A DNA stretch of 64,000 bases from the NCBI RefSeq assembly GCF_001194135.2, contig NC_068984.1:55061908-55125907 (forward strand), written 5' to 3'. The notes under the pieces are model-generated. The model was not told the DNA's origin and did not search any database. It saw only the letters and a list, made by a program, of their open reading frames with translations. This document shows, in pieces, positions 40,532 to 54,327 of this stretch. Source of the stretch: Octopus bimaculoides. Its lineage: Eukaryota. The first letter of the stretch is position 1; the number at the start of each line of letters is the position of its first letter. The translations under genes and the position numbers were made by a program.

Positions 40532-40829
40532 CATGGTGTGTGTGTGTGTGTGTTCGTGTTTGTGCGTGTGTGTGTATGTGTCATTGTATCTGTGATTCTT
40601 CACCTCCCGCGTTTGATAACCAGCGTTTGGCTTATTTACATGCCAGTAACATAGTGGTTCAGCAAAAGGATTAACAGATTAAGTAGCAAATGGTATATTC
40701 AGTCAGATTTCATTCGATTTCCTATGTTTTCTGCTAGGATTATCTCCAGTAACTTTAGTTATAAATGCACGTGAGATTGCAGACTCAATTCTTCCTCAAG
40801 TCACTTCAGACCGTCGAATGAAAACAAGA

Positions 40830-41230
40830 ATCACATTGAATGAAATAGCCCTAAATTTTTTCATCCATTTTCATTTCCGCCACCGAGTACTCCTGGGTGG
40901 TGGTTGTGGGTTTAGAACTCTCGTGTACCTCCTCCATAGGTTCTGCTTAGAAACAAGCGCCTTTAAACTTTCTGACTGGATTCCCAAGCTTTACCATCTG
41001 AGACTACGGATATTGCCCAAGCATCTTCCCTTTGGTCTACCACCAGGTCTCCTGCTACTTAACACTACACGAAGAATGTCTCACTATTGTCTCACTATTG
41101 TCTCCTATACACCCTCTCCTTTTGCTTTATTGTAGAGTTCCTTTGGAGAAACCCCATCCCGGCTGCTTCTATGCGACTGTACTCTTCTGGTAACTACCCA
41201 TCATTCACGACCATAAATGAGGGCTCATAG
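40830..41230 (-). mobile_element. RTE-clade LINE 3' fragment
   Basis: On -: RRPGGRPKGRCLGNI (GRP..RW.D motif); upstream ggtcgtgaatgatgggtagttacc..agtacagtcgcatagaagc fits an RTE C-terminal region. Confidence 0.55.
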
Positions 41231-42914
41231 GTGGTATGTCTTTGATCATAAGACTGACGGCTTGGCTGACGTAGCTATGGCTATACATTAACACTGTCTT
41301 TGTGAATGCATTGTGGATGCATTATGTTAATGCAGCTTAATAGATCGGCTCTTAGATTGAGTACTACATAATGAAGAATGAAAAAACTAACATCTGTTAC
41401 AGTGTCAGTGACTGAGTCTTCCACAAAAGCGTATACAATTTACAAAGATCTGGAATAGAATCAGCATTATATTGTCAATGATGTTCTTTTAAACTAAAGC
41501 GATGGTCTTGGTTCAACACGAGAAATCCCTCTGTGTCGTGCAGGAGTATCGAACTGGAGAGCCCAGTTTTGGAAAACAAGCTTCTTTTCTATGCAATGTC
41601 TTCGCTAAAGGTAATTTACTCCATAATATAAATACTGCATCGCATTTGTGAATGTAGGAGATAGTTCATATTACTTATGGACACTTTTCTTTGTTATTGA
41701 ATTTTTAACTAGCCAATCTCGGTGATAGTATATTTCTAAATTAAATTAATAGTTTACCGGGCATATTGTGGTTTGATACGTATTTATCTTTATCTTATGC
41801 AGTTGGAATAATCTACTGGTTTTTCTCTCTCACAACACGAAGTCAATAAATTCGACGATTTTAATATATGCATTTTTGTAACGATGAACAATGCGATTTC
41901 TGGAATTTTTACTCAAACGATTGCTCATACAAAAATACATACTTATTTTCAAAATCTATGTTTAAAATGATTGAGAATTAAATTTTCTCAAAACATTCTT
42001 CTGAAATATTTTGAAATATTTTGTTTTCATTCTAATTTCTTCAGAGTTTATCTAATGCAGTGCTGTATCCTACAACAGAAAGACATTTCCTCAGTAAACT
42101 GATTTATATTTGTATTTTATAAAATAAATTTGTTTTCATCATTTATCATGAAACTCACATTTGTAAGGAACGTGATAACAGCCTGTTCATTGCTAAGTAT
42201 CATTACAAGGCGATATGGTCAATATTATTTAATACATATAGGTATTCTGATAGGTTACTGTTTAGAAGGAACAACTGCACTGTAATTTCGCTTCACTGAC
42301 AGTACGAATAAACTTCATATTCGCAGCTTGTGTGTATTACCCAAAGATATGTTCACCTCTACAGTGCCACTCTTAATGCTGAAGCATGTCATATCTGGGA
42401 CTGAACACTCAACTAACCTATCTTCTTTCTGCTATCATAATATAAAACACTAAGCACACTCATACGCTTACAAACATACAAACTCCCACCCACACACACG
42501 TACGCAAAAACATATATATGTAACTATATACGGATATGGATACGTCAGTTTATGCACGTATGTGTGTGTGTGTGTGCGTGTGTAGATGGAAAGATAGCTT
42601 CGTAGATAGATTAATGTGTTTATATATATAGGAAGGGAGAGTGAGAGGGAGGGAGGGAGAGAGAGAGAGAAATTCAACTGTTGTAATCCCTTAATGAATA
42701 AGGAATAGTGTGTACATGTAGATTGTATTATGTACTTAAACAGAATTTTCTTTCTCTCACAACTCAAGTTTCACACCACTGCAGGCTTCAGGCGAGAACT
42801 GTTTCACTTACAGTTCATTTGAATTCATTATTTATTGATTAAGCAGAACATTATTTTATTGGTTGTTTTCTAATATTAACTTGAGATTTTTATTGTCATC
42901 ATTATTATTGTTAT

Positions 42915-43075
42915 GCGTAGCGGTATTTCCCTCGTCTTTAAGTTCTGAGTTCAAATTCCACCAAGGCGACTTTGCCTTCCAGCCTTTCGAATTCGATAAA
43001 ATAAGTACTAATTGAGCACTGGGTTCGATGTAATCGACTTACCTACTTCTGTGACAAAATTCAAAACGCTTATTA
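42915..43075 (+). mobile_element. SINE fragment (same family as 5455)
   Basis: ttctgagttcaaattccaccaaggcgactttgccttccagcctttcgaattcgataaaataagtac. Further fragments at 53280-53400 (-), 53905-54065 (-) and 58855-58945 (+). Confidence 0.8.
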
Positions 43076-43620
43076 TTATTGTTATTATAGCTTTTGTTAT
43101 TTATTTGTGTTGAAAGTCAAAACTGATTAACATTTTCGTTGCTTGCATGCTGGTATTCTATTGTCCCCTTTAGTCATTCACTATAATTCACATCACCACA
43201 TTTTCTAATCTTTTGTTTATAGCCAGTTATCATTTGACAGATTGCTTTTACTGATTGTGTTGCTTCGAACTTTCTCATAAATCGAAATCCGGTTTAATGC
43301 ATGGTCATTGTATTTTTCTGATTGCGAATTTCGGTTCATTTGTATTATGTATATTTGTTTAAATTTCGCTTGAAATCTCTTTTTATTCTGAAGCAGTTTA
43401 TTAGGCTTTGGCCAATATTCACTGGTCGCTTGCCACGGTTTCTCTTTTGTGCTGTTTATTTAATCTCAAGCCGACAATTAGTTATTCTGTGTAGGTCTCT
43501 TATAAACTGTTTTGCTGAATGAATTTCTGCATATATTATATTTTAGTAGCTGTTCCGTCGTTTCATAGTCTGTTTCTATTGCAAAGATCTTTTCTGCGTT
43601 TGGGAGATTTTGTATTTATC

Positions 43621-43655
<35 letters not shown>

Positions 43656-46600
43656 CTATCTATGCGCGCGCGCGTGCGTGTGTGTGTGTGTTACATGTAT
43701 TATGCGATTATTCATAGTTAATATACTTGTGTGTAAAACGAGTTTTGCATTATTATTCTATTATGATAGATAACTTCATAGAATAAATATAATTTGTTTA
43801 AATTACCATATAATTTAGATATAGCATGCAACACTACATTTAATCGGTTTTAAACACTTGTCATAGTGTATTGCTTGAAGCCACAGAACTGTACGAAAAA
43901 TAGGACATATATAAACGCTAGAATAAATTAGCATCTTTTAAGTCTTTCATAAAGTTATAAATCTGGAACATAATTTTCCTATTCATGATTATATTGTAGA
44001 AAATATACCAGAATAAAAAATGCGTGTGCAGTATTCTAGAATATTCTTAAATACTGAACCTGGAAAAGTATAGTACAAGAAGAAAAAACTTACAATAATG
44101 TTACTGAAGTTAGAATCTGCTAAATAAATTTCTGAAATTGTTCATCAAATGGTGTGAGCTGCTTTTGGAGTCTTTTTAAATATGTTTTGCTTTTAATTTG
44201 TAACTATTAAAAATTTATGTTAATATTTTTCATTAAAAATTTTTTTGTATTAAAGGAAAACATTTCTGTATTCTTTTTAGTATAAATATTTTAAATTTCA
44301 TTTTCGTAACAATACACATCCAAAAATTTTAAATCACAGATATTGTGTTAAAATTAAACTCGTTGAGATTATATGTAATTCAGAAATAAGAGTAAAGTGT
44401 AGTAAATTTTTGAAAGAAACAAAAGAATTTTCTTTAAACAAAATATTTTCTATTTACAGTCAGAAAATTATTTTAAAAAATCAAAGCTAGTGAAAAAATT
44501 GAATGCAAAATGTAGAAATAACTCTTTAAAAACAAAAGCTTATGGGTGATAATACATTGTCAGTTTTGCTTAACATGCTATGCGATTATTTAAATATATA
44601 AAACTCTAAATTTGTACTATTAAATCTTTAATGATTCTTTGAAAATAACCAGATGCAAGTGCCTTCAGATACAAGCTCCACATACCGGATGTTGGGACGT
44701 TTATGAGGCCATCAAGAGAGAATGCATGCATTTCAGGCCCTTCATCTCAATGGCATCATTGCATCCCGCCCTTCTCCTGAAATGAGGTTTCGCTTGCTAG
44801 ATCAACTGGTTATTAGGTTTCGTTCAATATTCTTCTAACCGTTGCTCATCGTCTCTTTTTAATCAAATCTAGTGGCTTGCCTTCCCAACTGTAGTCAGGA
44901 TATCACCCATGATGGTATTCGCTGCATATTGAGTTAATTTAAACTTTTATGCAAAATGAGAAATATAAAAACATATGTATTACTTCTGAGTACTTTTCAT
45001 TTTTCATTAACTTCGCCAGTAACATTTTTTAAAGTTTGTGTCTTCTTGTCCTGTACTTTTCCAGGTTAACTAACTACTTGTTCTGTACTTTTCCAAATTC
45101 AATTCGTAAGAATAAGCTTGCACTCTGCGCCCACGTTTTCCTTCTAATTCACTTTTTTCAGAAAACGCTCCTATCACTATAATTTATCATATTTATCTTT
45201 ATGATCTTCATTATCATAGTAAAGGATTGGAATCATTTATAAATTTTTCATGATTTTCTTTGAAGATTGTGAAACCATTTAACAGCTTTTTCATCTTAAT
45301 TTGACATTTTAGCAACAGTGAAGAAAATGAATCTTCGTTCAGGCTAAGGAAAGCGAAATCGACATTTTGGACAACAGATTTTCCTTTTCCATAAATTCTC
45401 CAGCAAGTTTTGCTGCGTGAATGCGTTTGAAAATGATTGACCAAATTGTAAACAATGAGGCTAGATAGTGAGCATGGCAATCTGCGAGTTGTATATTGTT
45501 CTATATGTTTCTGAATGTTTACTAGAGAATCTTTCTAATAAATAGGTGCTCGATCCATCCGAATGTTCGTATGAACATGAGGAGCCCCCCCCCCACCTTT
45601 GTTTATAATCTTTTTTCGAAAAGTAACGTGTGATGTTGTTCAAACGTGGATTGCTTTTTATCATTTCTTTCTTTATAGCTTGTAATCGCTGATAAAATAT
45701 ATTATAAACAAACTTTAATGTGCCGAATGAGTTGGTATTTTACACAAAGTAAGGGAAACCTTGAACGCAGAATAGCTCTGAAAACATTTTAGAAGACGGA
45801 AAAGAAACTGGCCACTAAGCCGCTTCAGAGGATCGAACCTTGTTCCCCACGAATTCTGACTGTAACATTATCTTAAACAACCATTCTATAAACGGGTTCT
45901 ATAGCGCTAAATATCTTAAAACCAACACAAAAATTTTGATTTCTTAATATAAGTAAAAGCTTGGTTAATGATCTAGTAACTATTTAGATCATCTAGAAAG
46001 CGCCATCCTATAATAATTTTAGAAATAGGTTACCTAGAATAATATTATTATGTTATTCGTTTAATATTTCAGTATGACACTTAAAGAATATTTGGTTGTT
46101 ATTTCTTGAAAGTCAAGCGACCTCGTAAACATTGGCTTAAGGATAGCAATATGTGGGAAGCAGTAGAGGTGTGACTTAAATGCTTTACAGTATTCTGAGT
46201 TTCAATTTCACTTGAGGCAACAATATATTTTACAACAGAGAAATCAATAAAATGAAATTTAGGGGATTTAACCTACTATGACCTCTCGCGATTAGGTTAC
46301 TTGAAGCTTTGCTCCAATGTGAGAAATCAAAATAAAATATAGAAGGTAATGCTATAAACGGTGAGGTTTGCCTTCAAATATTCATTCTGATGTGATGTTC
46401 CCTATCTTAAATTCTTTTAGCTAAATGTCATCACCATACTGGAATTAATACAACTGACAATTTACCCTACATCTAAGGAAATGGGATGAAAGCTGAATAA
46501 ATTAAAACTTATACGACGGAATACATATTCTCTAACACCAATATGCCAATAGGCGACCCCCACATCAGTATATTGTTTATTTATATGCATAATGTGCCAT

Positions 46601-47125
46601 GTTTTCTATACATATAAACATACATGTTACAACAAGCATGCATATGTGTGTGTGTTTGCAGGTGTGGATGCGTAAATTATGGGGGTTGCTATGCAATATC
46701 TGCGCTCGTTTATATTGTCAAGATGTGGGGTCATTAATCACCAGCGGAGCAACATGTGTTGAATAAATTTTTTTCTCAGTGCACAATGTTCTTGATAGCC
46801 AGTGATGGAGTTCTTCAGTCAGAAGTGGAGAGTCACTAGGAAAACGTCGTAAGTGATGGATCCTTGATGAAATTGCAAAGATTAGGATGCATAATTGCAT
46901 ACAGGGCAATGTGCAGTTGCTGCTGTAGAAACATATGTTGATCATTATAATATATATGTTGTACAAAGCTTTTTTATCATATTATTGTTCTTTTTTACGA
47001 AATATACAGAACTGCTAAAAAGAAGTGCTCGGATAGAACCCGAAACAAAAGATAAGAATTAAGATATAAACTCAAATTCACAGAGGCACTCATACAAACA
47101 CACATATACACACACACACACGCAA

Positions 47126-47160
<35 letters not shown>

Positions 47161-47332
47161 NNNNNNNNNNNNNNNNNNNNNNNNNNNNNNNNNNNNNNNN
47201 NNNNNNNNNNNNNNNNNNNNNNNNNNNNNNNNNNNNNNNNNNNNNNNNNNNNNNNNNNNNNNNNNNNNNNNNNNNNNNNNNNNNNNNNNNNNNNNNNNNN
47301 NNNNNNNNNNNNNNNNNNNNNNNNNNNNNNNN

Positions 47333-47364
<32 letters not shown>

Positions 47365-47409
47365 TGTATACATATGTATGTATGCCTGTGTTTGTGTAAG
47401 TATGTATGA

Positions 47410-47745
47410 CATTGTTCAGTTTTATTTCAAGATTTCTTATTAAAAGAGAAAGAGCTGGTTTCTAACTTAGATTCAAGGCTTCTTCGTTGGAATTTGAACA
47501 TCAAAGGACATTTTGGTTTGTATGTATGTATGCATGTATATGTGCAGATTTTTGCTTCATATACGTACTTTCTTGCATATCTAGACATGCTCATATACAA
47601 TATATTTAAATGATAAACTTCTGTAAAACTTTCCAGATGTTTTCAGTTTCAGTGATAAATTAAATCTGTAGTCTTCGAATTAAGTTTTCTCCTTCCTGGT
47701 TTTGAGAAGCCTAATTTCTCAAGATTGGTATTTAGGCAGTGTGTT
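47410..47745 (+). mobile_element. Dispersed non-autonomous repeat with internal (TATG)n and subterminal hairpin, copy 1
   Basis: Shares gagaaagagc..ctaac..gat.caag, gcatatctaga.atgctcatatacaatatatttaaatgataaacttctg and ttttgagaagcctaatttctcaagattggtat with 48258-48618. Confidence 0.75.
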
Positions 47746-47809
47746 TATGTATGTATGTATGTATGTATGTATGTATGTATGTATGTATGTACGTACGTAT
47801 GCAGAAGCA

Positions 47810-48114
47810 CAGGCGTGCCAGTGTGGTAAGAATTTTGCTTTTCAGCCACACTATCCCGGGTTTAGTCCCATAGCGTGTCACCTTCGACAGCATGTATCGC
47901 CTACTATAAACTCGGACCGACCATAGCTTACGTGTGTGTCTTTATATTTGCGTTTCTCCTGCAGTAACAATTAACAACCAGTGTCGGTGTCTATTATTGT
48001 CACGTAACCTAGCGACTGAATAAATACAAAGCATAAAAACGCGTACTAGGTTTCATTTGTTTGACTAAACTATTCATGGCGGTTCTACGGCATCGCTACA
48101 ATCCAATGACTGAG
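47810..48114 (+). mobile_element. Diverged SINE (same family as 2554)
   Basis: ggcgtgccagtgtggtaagaattttgct..cccgggtttagtccc..ctactataaactcggaccgacc, ending in aatgactga. Confidence 0.75.
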
Positions 48115-48257
48115 CCACTGAGCCATTGCGCCTCCACGTTCGAAGTAATAAGCAAACTTATATACACTGCTCCTCTAATGGTGAAGATATCTAACACGTT
48201 TGGATTATTTATTAATTTAAGAATGGCTATCAAATTTGTCTGAAGTTCCTTATACCT

Positions 48258-48353
48258 TTCTTGCCATTAGAGAAAAAGCCGGCTTCTAACCTCGATCCAA
48301 GCACCCTTCGTTCGAATTTCAACAAAATCAACGGGGTATTTTTTATATTTATG

Positions 48354-48384
<31 letters not shown>

Positions 48385-48618
48385 TGTATGTATGCACGTA
48401 CGTATGTATGTATGTATGTATGTATATATTTGCAGATTTGTATGTTTTGTTTTATGTATTCTCATGCATATACTTGCATATCTAGAATGCTCATATACAA
48501 TATATTTAAATGATAAACTTCTGGAAAGTTGTACAAATTTTTACAGTTCCAATGACGGTTTCTCCTTTCTGGTTTTGAGAAGCCTAATTTCTCAAGATTG
48601 GTATATAGACAGTGTGTT
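48258..48618 (+). mobile_element. Dispersed non-autonomous repeat with internal (TATG)n and subterminal hairpin, copy 2
   Basis: See copy 1; hairpin ttttgagaa-gcctaat-ttctcaaga at 48573-48597. Confidence 0.75.
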
Positions 48619-48884
48619 GCATATCCCAGTGCCCCAATGATTCACGTATAACCTGAACATGTAATCTGAATACTGTAGTTGTAGATCCTTCAATAGTTCA
48701 GCATTGGTATTTTCTGTCTGTGTGTCTACTTGTATGTATGTATGTATGTATGTATGTTGGTATGCATATATAGTAATAAACGAGACTCGATGTCAAGGCA
48801 ATATCTATTACCAAGGTAAATCCCAAGAAACGCAAAGAGAGCGGACAGGGAGTAACAGCTAGGCAGTTATCTAGCAAAATATAT

Positions 48885-49004
48885 AGATAAATAGACAGAC
48901 AGAGAGACCGACCGACATACAGGTAGACAGGCAGAAAGACAGACAAGCAGACAGAGAGACAGGCACACAGACAGAGAGACAGACTGACAGACAGACAGAC
49001 AGAC

Positions 49005-49070
<66 letters not shown>
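48885..49070. repeat. (AGAC)n-(AGAT)n tetranucleotide microsatellite
   Basis: Read directly. Confidence 0.97.
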
Positions 49071-49071
<1 letters not shown>

Positions 49072-49172
49072 GAAGGATGGTTCAATACTTTTTAGTAAAG
49101 CGCATGTTTATTAAACTTTCGCAAGGAAAGTGTCATGTATAAATACACATACATACATACATATACATGTAC

Positions 49173-49213
<41 letters not shown>

Positions 49214-49264
49214 TATATATATATATGCATACACACACATATACAAGATTACGTGTACGGCCTG

Positions 49265-49590
49265 CATGACTCTCCGTTGATTACGACGACCATTGTTCCA
49301 GTTGATTCGATCAACGGAAGAGCCTGCCCGTTAAACTAACATGGCTGAGCACTCGACAAACACATGTGCCCTTCATGTCATTTTGAGGAAGATTCAGCGT
49401 GACGCAGAGTGTGACAAAGCTCACCCTTTGAATTACAGCTACAGTTCATTGTTTGCTGGCTGAGTCAACTGGAGCAACGTGAATCCAAGTGTCTTACTGA
49501 AGGACACAGTGCAACCACGCGAATCGAACTCACGAACTTACCATCGTGATCCGAATATTCTAATCTAATCACTAAGCCACGTGCCCTCGC
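49265..49590 (-). mobile_element. Diverged SINE (third family)
   Basis: ttacgacgac..gttccagttgattcgatcaacggaa..gattcagcgtgacgcagagtgtgacaaagct, homologous to 50251-50633. Confidence 0.8.
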
Positions 49591-50250
49591 TAAGCATACA
49601 CACGCACACACACACAGAAGCACACCCAAATAATTTATACTGCGATACGTATCACTGCATTATTGAATAGTTACTCTTTGAAAGGTTCATTTATAGTTAG
49701 TACTTTGACTTTATCTCATAAATATGCGATTATGTCGCATAAGTATGATTTAACTGAGTAACGAATAACTCCATTTATAAAAATGGATACATTATGAAGA
49801 ATGTATTCAGGCAGAAACTCTCCTACATCCTTTGAACGAGTAGATGGCATACTGATTGATTGATGTATTCTATTAATTCAGGATATTAAGTTTTTTTTTA
49901 GTCATTTAAAAAATTTGAAAGTATATACTTTAAAATATAATTAACAGTCGCTATAGAAATGAAATACAATCTTATAAGTAATGGAATTAAAAAAATAGTT
50001 GTTTCTATGCAACTAAATTTGCACAATTATTAATATTTATGAACAATTAAAAACCTAAGTAGAATTTATTGTGTCGTGGTACACTATTTATCGATTTGAC
50101 GCGTTATTTATGCATCCAGTAGAAGTTATTTTGAATTTGAAAAGTATACATCGCTATCAGTCCCACCAGAGATAAACTATTAATATTGATCAGAAATAGT
50201 TAGTGTAAAGTACTTCATTGATGCCATTGAAAATTATTTGAAGTAATGTA

Positions 50251-50633
50251 GTTGTTGGCACTCCGTTGCTTACGACGTCGAGGGTTCCAGTTGATCCGAT
50301 CAACGGAACAGTCTGCTCGTGAAATTAACGTGCAAGTGGCTGAGCACTCCACAGACACGTGTACCCTTAACGTAGTTCTCGGGGATATTCAGCGTGACAC
50401 AGTGTGACAAGGCTGACCCTTTGAATTACAGGCACAACATAAACATGAAGAAAGAGAGACAGAAAGTTGTGGTGAAAGAGTACAGCAGGGTTCGCCACCA
50501 TCCGCTGCCGGAGCCGCGTGGAGCTTTAGGTGTTTTCGCTCAATAAACACTCACAACGCCCGGTCTGGGAATCGAAACCACGACCTTATGACCGCGAGTC
50601 CGCTGCCCTACCACTGAGCCATTGCGCCTCCAC
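50251..50633 (-). mobile_element. Full-length, young tRNA-derived SINE (third family)
   Basis: Reverse strand begins gtggaggcgcaatggctcagtggtagggcagcggactcgcggtcataaggtcgtggtttcgattcccagaccggg, with clear A and B boxes. Confidence 0.9.
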
Positions 50634-51559
50634 GTTTGAAGTAATAAGCAAACTTATATACACTGCTCCTCTAATGGTGAGGATATCTAACACGTTTGGA
50701 TTATTTATTAATTTAAGAATGGCTATCAAATTTGTCTGAATGAAGTTCCTTATACCTTATCTCCTATTGGTTGTTGAATCAGACCAATTTATAACGGGTT
50801 CATTTTAAGGAATGAATGGCAACTCCATATAAAATTTATTTCAGACATCTAGAGATATTTTCACTTATTGAAAATAAAATAAAAATATTTTCACTTGTCT
50901 GTCTATTATGGCACATTATCTCGTACATTATATGAAACCATTCTGAAATGCATTTGAATATTGGCGTAGCTAAAATTATTATATAGACTGTTATATTATT
51001 AAAATACTAGTCTACCTCAGATTAGAATGAGACGTATGATTTATTGACTGGAATCTAATATCTGCAGTTGTATATTGACTATGAATCGATCACAATTAAA
51101 GATCTCTAGAGATAGGATTCTCATTATTCTTGATATATCATTTCTGATTAACTGTGATATTTTATACTTACAACGTTAACTATTAGATAATTGGCATTCT
51201 ATCAACTTTGTTTCATTTAATAGTCACAAGATACGAAACAAAAGCCCGTTATGTCCCCACCCCATACTTTCTGATACTGGTTTGGATGATGGGTCTAGTT
51301 GCCGTAAAAGGCTGGAGAGGATGTAGATTCTGGGAGGTGCCTACCCAGATGGGAGGATTAAATAAATATATTTTATTTGAGTTGGTTAAGTTACTGTAAT
51401 AATAATGAGAGACGCTATATCGGTGCATTAAAGAATTGTGTTGATGCTGACCATAATCTTCTAGTTCAGCAGAGTAGAAGCAATTTCAGATAAGAATTAA
51501 TTTCACATTGGTTAATGAATAAGGTAAATTTATTAAATGTCCAACGTAATAAATTTTCC

Positions 51560-52140
51560 CTGAACTAATCAGCTGTGCTCATTCAACGTAGTGATTATAT
51601 CCCTCCTCAACACAGGAGCATCTTCTATTCGTCTATTTTCTGCAATCCAGAGCATAAAACCGTAGATAGAATATGAGTGGTGGCTACAATATATTGGTGA
51701 ATCAGCCATATTACTTTAGTTTTGTTGCTGTTAAACATTTGTGTATGTGGTGTGGCGTTACTGCTGACTGAGAAGGGATTTGCGCTAGGATTTTAAAGAG
51801 AACCAACCAATGATCAGAAGTGAACGACTTTCTAGCTCTGAAGGGAAGGACTACAGCTTGGAATGTAGCTTTGACAGTTATGCATATAAGTTACTTCGCC
51901 AATGTAGATTGTCTGTTAATGTTATGATTGGAATTTGTACCAAATCTGAGTGGAGAGTTGAATTGGAATTTTTACTCGGTCGTTCATTCAATCAAAAATA
52001 GTTATAAATTTTTCGTGAAATCTCACCTCGTCTTTGAAGTGAAGGGCACATTGAATAATGGTGTCTTGAAACTCCTCTGCAAGGGAAAAAAAACGAACCT
52101 GTCTTGTTTTGAAAACCTTTGATCAGCTTTGATATTCTTA
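51560..52140 (-). mobile_element. Highly decayed Jockey/CR1-group LINE fragment
   Basis: On -: TLTDNLHW and PFRARKSFTSDHWLVLFK, matching LGL.ft..L.W / LFRARKYF...QLL.LYK; same order as the copy at 29475-30800. Confidence 0.5.
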
Positions 52141-54276
52141 ATCAGGATAGATTTGAGTTAAGCAAGCAAATGCACCAGCAATAGTGAGCGCGTTAATTTG
52201 ACAATGTTCATTGCAGAAGTTCATTTATTTAAAGTATGTGTTCCAAGTACCAACCTAAAATCGAATATTATTAAACTGTATGCGCTACTGATGTTATGTG
52301 AATGAAATAACACCACAACCGTCGTTGTTGTTGTCGGTTAATTTCCGAGCCGTTCTAGCCGAATTAACATAAATATCAAAGGCAATCTCGCAATTGCCAC
52401 CCGTATTTTATTCAGACATAGTGTATGCAGAAAGAAGTTGGGGGGTGTTTTGCGGGAGATTTCTCGACTATTAATGAGTGATTGATGGACAGCTAAGAGA
52501 GTATTTTGTGTTTCCTTTCCAGTATGTTTTGTGAGTATCAGCTACATGGAAATATGTTGCTGAAAATTAGCTGCAGTTCGTAACTGGATTAATCGTTAAG
52601 AATTCTTTGTATAGTATACTTTATTTTATTTTTAAAGCCGGAAAAAATGATTATATATTTTATTTTCCTTTTATGCATAATATCAATAATTCAATTTTAT
52701 TCGTAATTTCAGTTGCAAATAGCAGAAGTATAGCTTTAACAGTCACATTGTTAAAAATAGTTTATAGCATAATACTTTGTTGCAAATAAAAATAGCTGAT
52801 ATCTCTTTAAAAATATGTTTGCTAAAATGAAAAGAAATGGAGATAGCTTGCTTTTATGGAACCGTATTCCGGTGTAATATGGAGTTAACATGTAACTAAA
52901 ACAGAAGTCATTTAATGACTCATAAGCTAATTAGTCATCAAATCAAATCTCTTCTTTACATGACAATACGTTGAATGATTTGCTTAATGGTATTATAGTC
53001 TTTAAGTAATTGTAGTACTACAAAGTCTAAAGTTCAAAACTGGCCGTTTATGTCTTGCTGTCAGTAAATAAATGATCACTTTTATTGAAGCTGAAATCAT
53101 AGATAATCATTTCTGTGGAAATATAGTTATATATCTGAAGAGAAGTAACTATATTCAATCAGAACAGTGAGTCATTGTTTGAGATACAATATTAGAAAAT
53201 CTATTCGTCATATAATCGGAAGGGTTTCATAGAAAATGTTATTACAATTTAATTTTTCGGAATCGAAGATAGTCGAATAGTATTTATTTTATCGACCCTT
53301 AGCTGATGAAAATTAAATTGACCTAGGAGAAATTTTTTACTCAGAACCTACAGTAAAGTAAATATGAAGCATGTTGTTCGTCTCTCTACCAATTCTGACT
53401 ACCAAGAGCCCTGAACTAATTGACTTAGGAAATTTTTAAAGGAATTATTGATTCATTTCGCAATTAACGCAAAATAAGCTCGGACATAATTATAAAATAT
53501 TAATATTTTTATAGATGTATCACATTTCAAATTCTATTTCTCATTTACAGTTTATACTTGGTAATAGGGATACAGTTTTTCTTCATATCACTGTTGTTAA
53601 TTAATATTTATTTTAAGTTTCCGTACACATTAAACAAATACGCTTTATTACCAGAACATAAGCCATATTATTCTTTATAGATAATTTAAAACTAATCAGT
53701 TTGATTTTTGAAATGTTATCATATATTCATAGAAGTTGACAGCGATTTCGAATCGGATCTAAACATAATACAACAAATAAATTATTTTGTATTCCTTTAC
53801 GCTGAGTATATAAAATAAATTAAGGTTCCTTTTTACTTTAGCCACAATTTCTCAAAACGAATGAAAATATTCCGATAATACCGAGTTACTTCGAAGAAAT
53901 GGGCTAGATATTTCGAGAAAAATGGGTTATTTGATACCATCGACCCCAGTACCAGCCTGATAACTTATTCTGTTGGTTCTGGATGTATTGAATGCAAAGC
54001 TGACCTGAGGGTAAAATCGTGAAAAATTCTGGAAGTCATTTTTCCGACGCTCTGCGATTCTCCGCAGGAGTTTTCAAATAAAATTTTCATTGCACATTTT
54101 AAACACATTACAATGCTTATTATTGCCAGATGAACTCTCGGATTGGAAAGTACTTCGTTGAGAAGTAGAATTGTGAATATGTGAATATTGACGAAAGGGG
54201 GGATAATAAATTATTGATACTTCAGATTATTGTCGTTTGGATATATTACTTCTCATCTCGCATCCCCCTACATACT

Positions 54277-54327
<51 letters not shown>

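Noticed and set aside
46780-46848. Plus-strand 69-nt exon-like segment (ttttctcag ... gtaagt)
   Set aside because: All three frames contain stops. It could only be non-coding, and nothing else supports it.
50560-50633. tRNA gene calls for A/B-box sequences here and at other SINE heads
   Set aside because: Each continues into a SINE body and none forms a complete cloverleaf.
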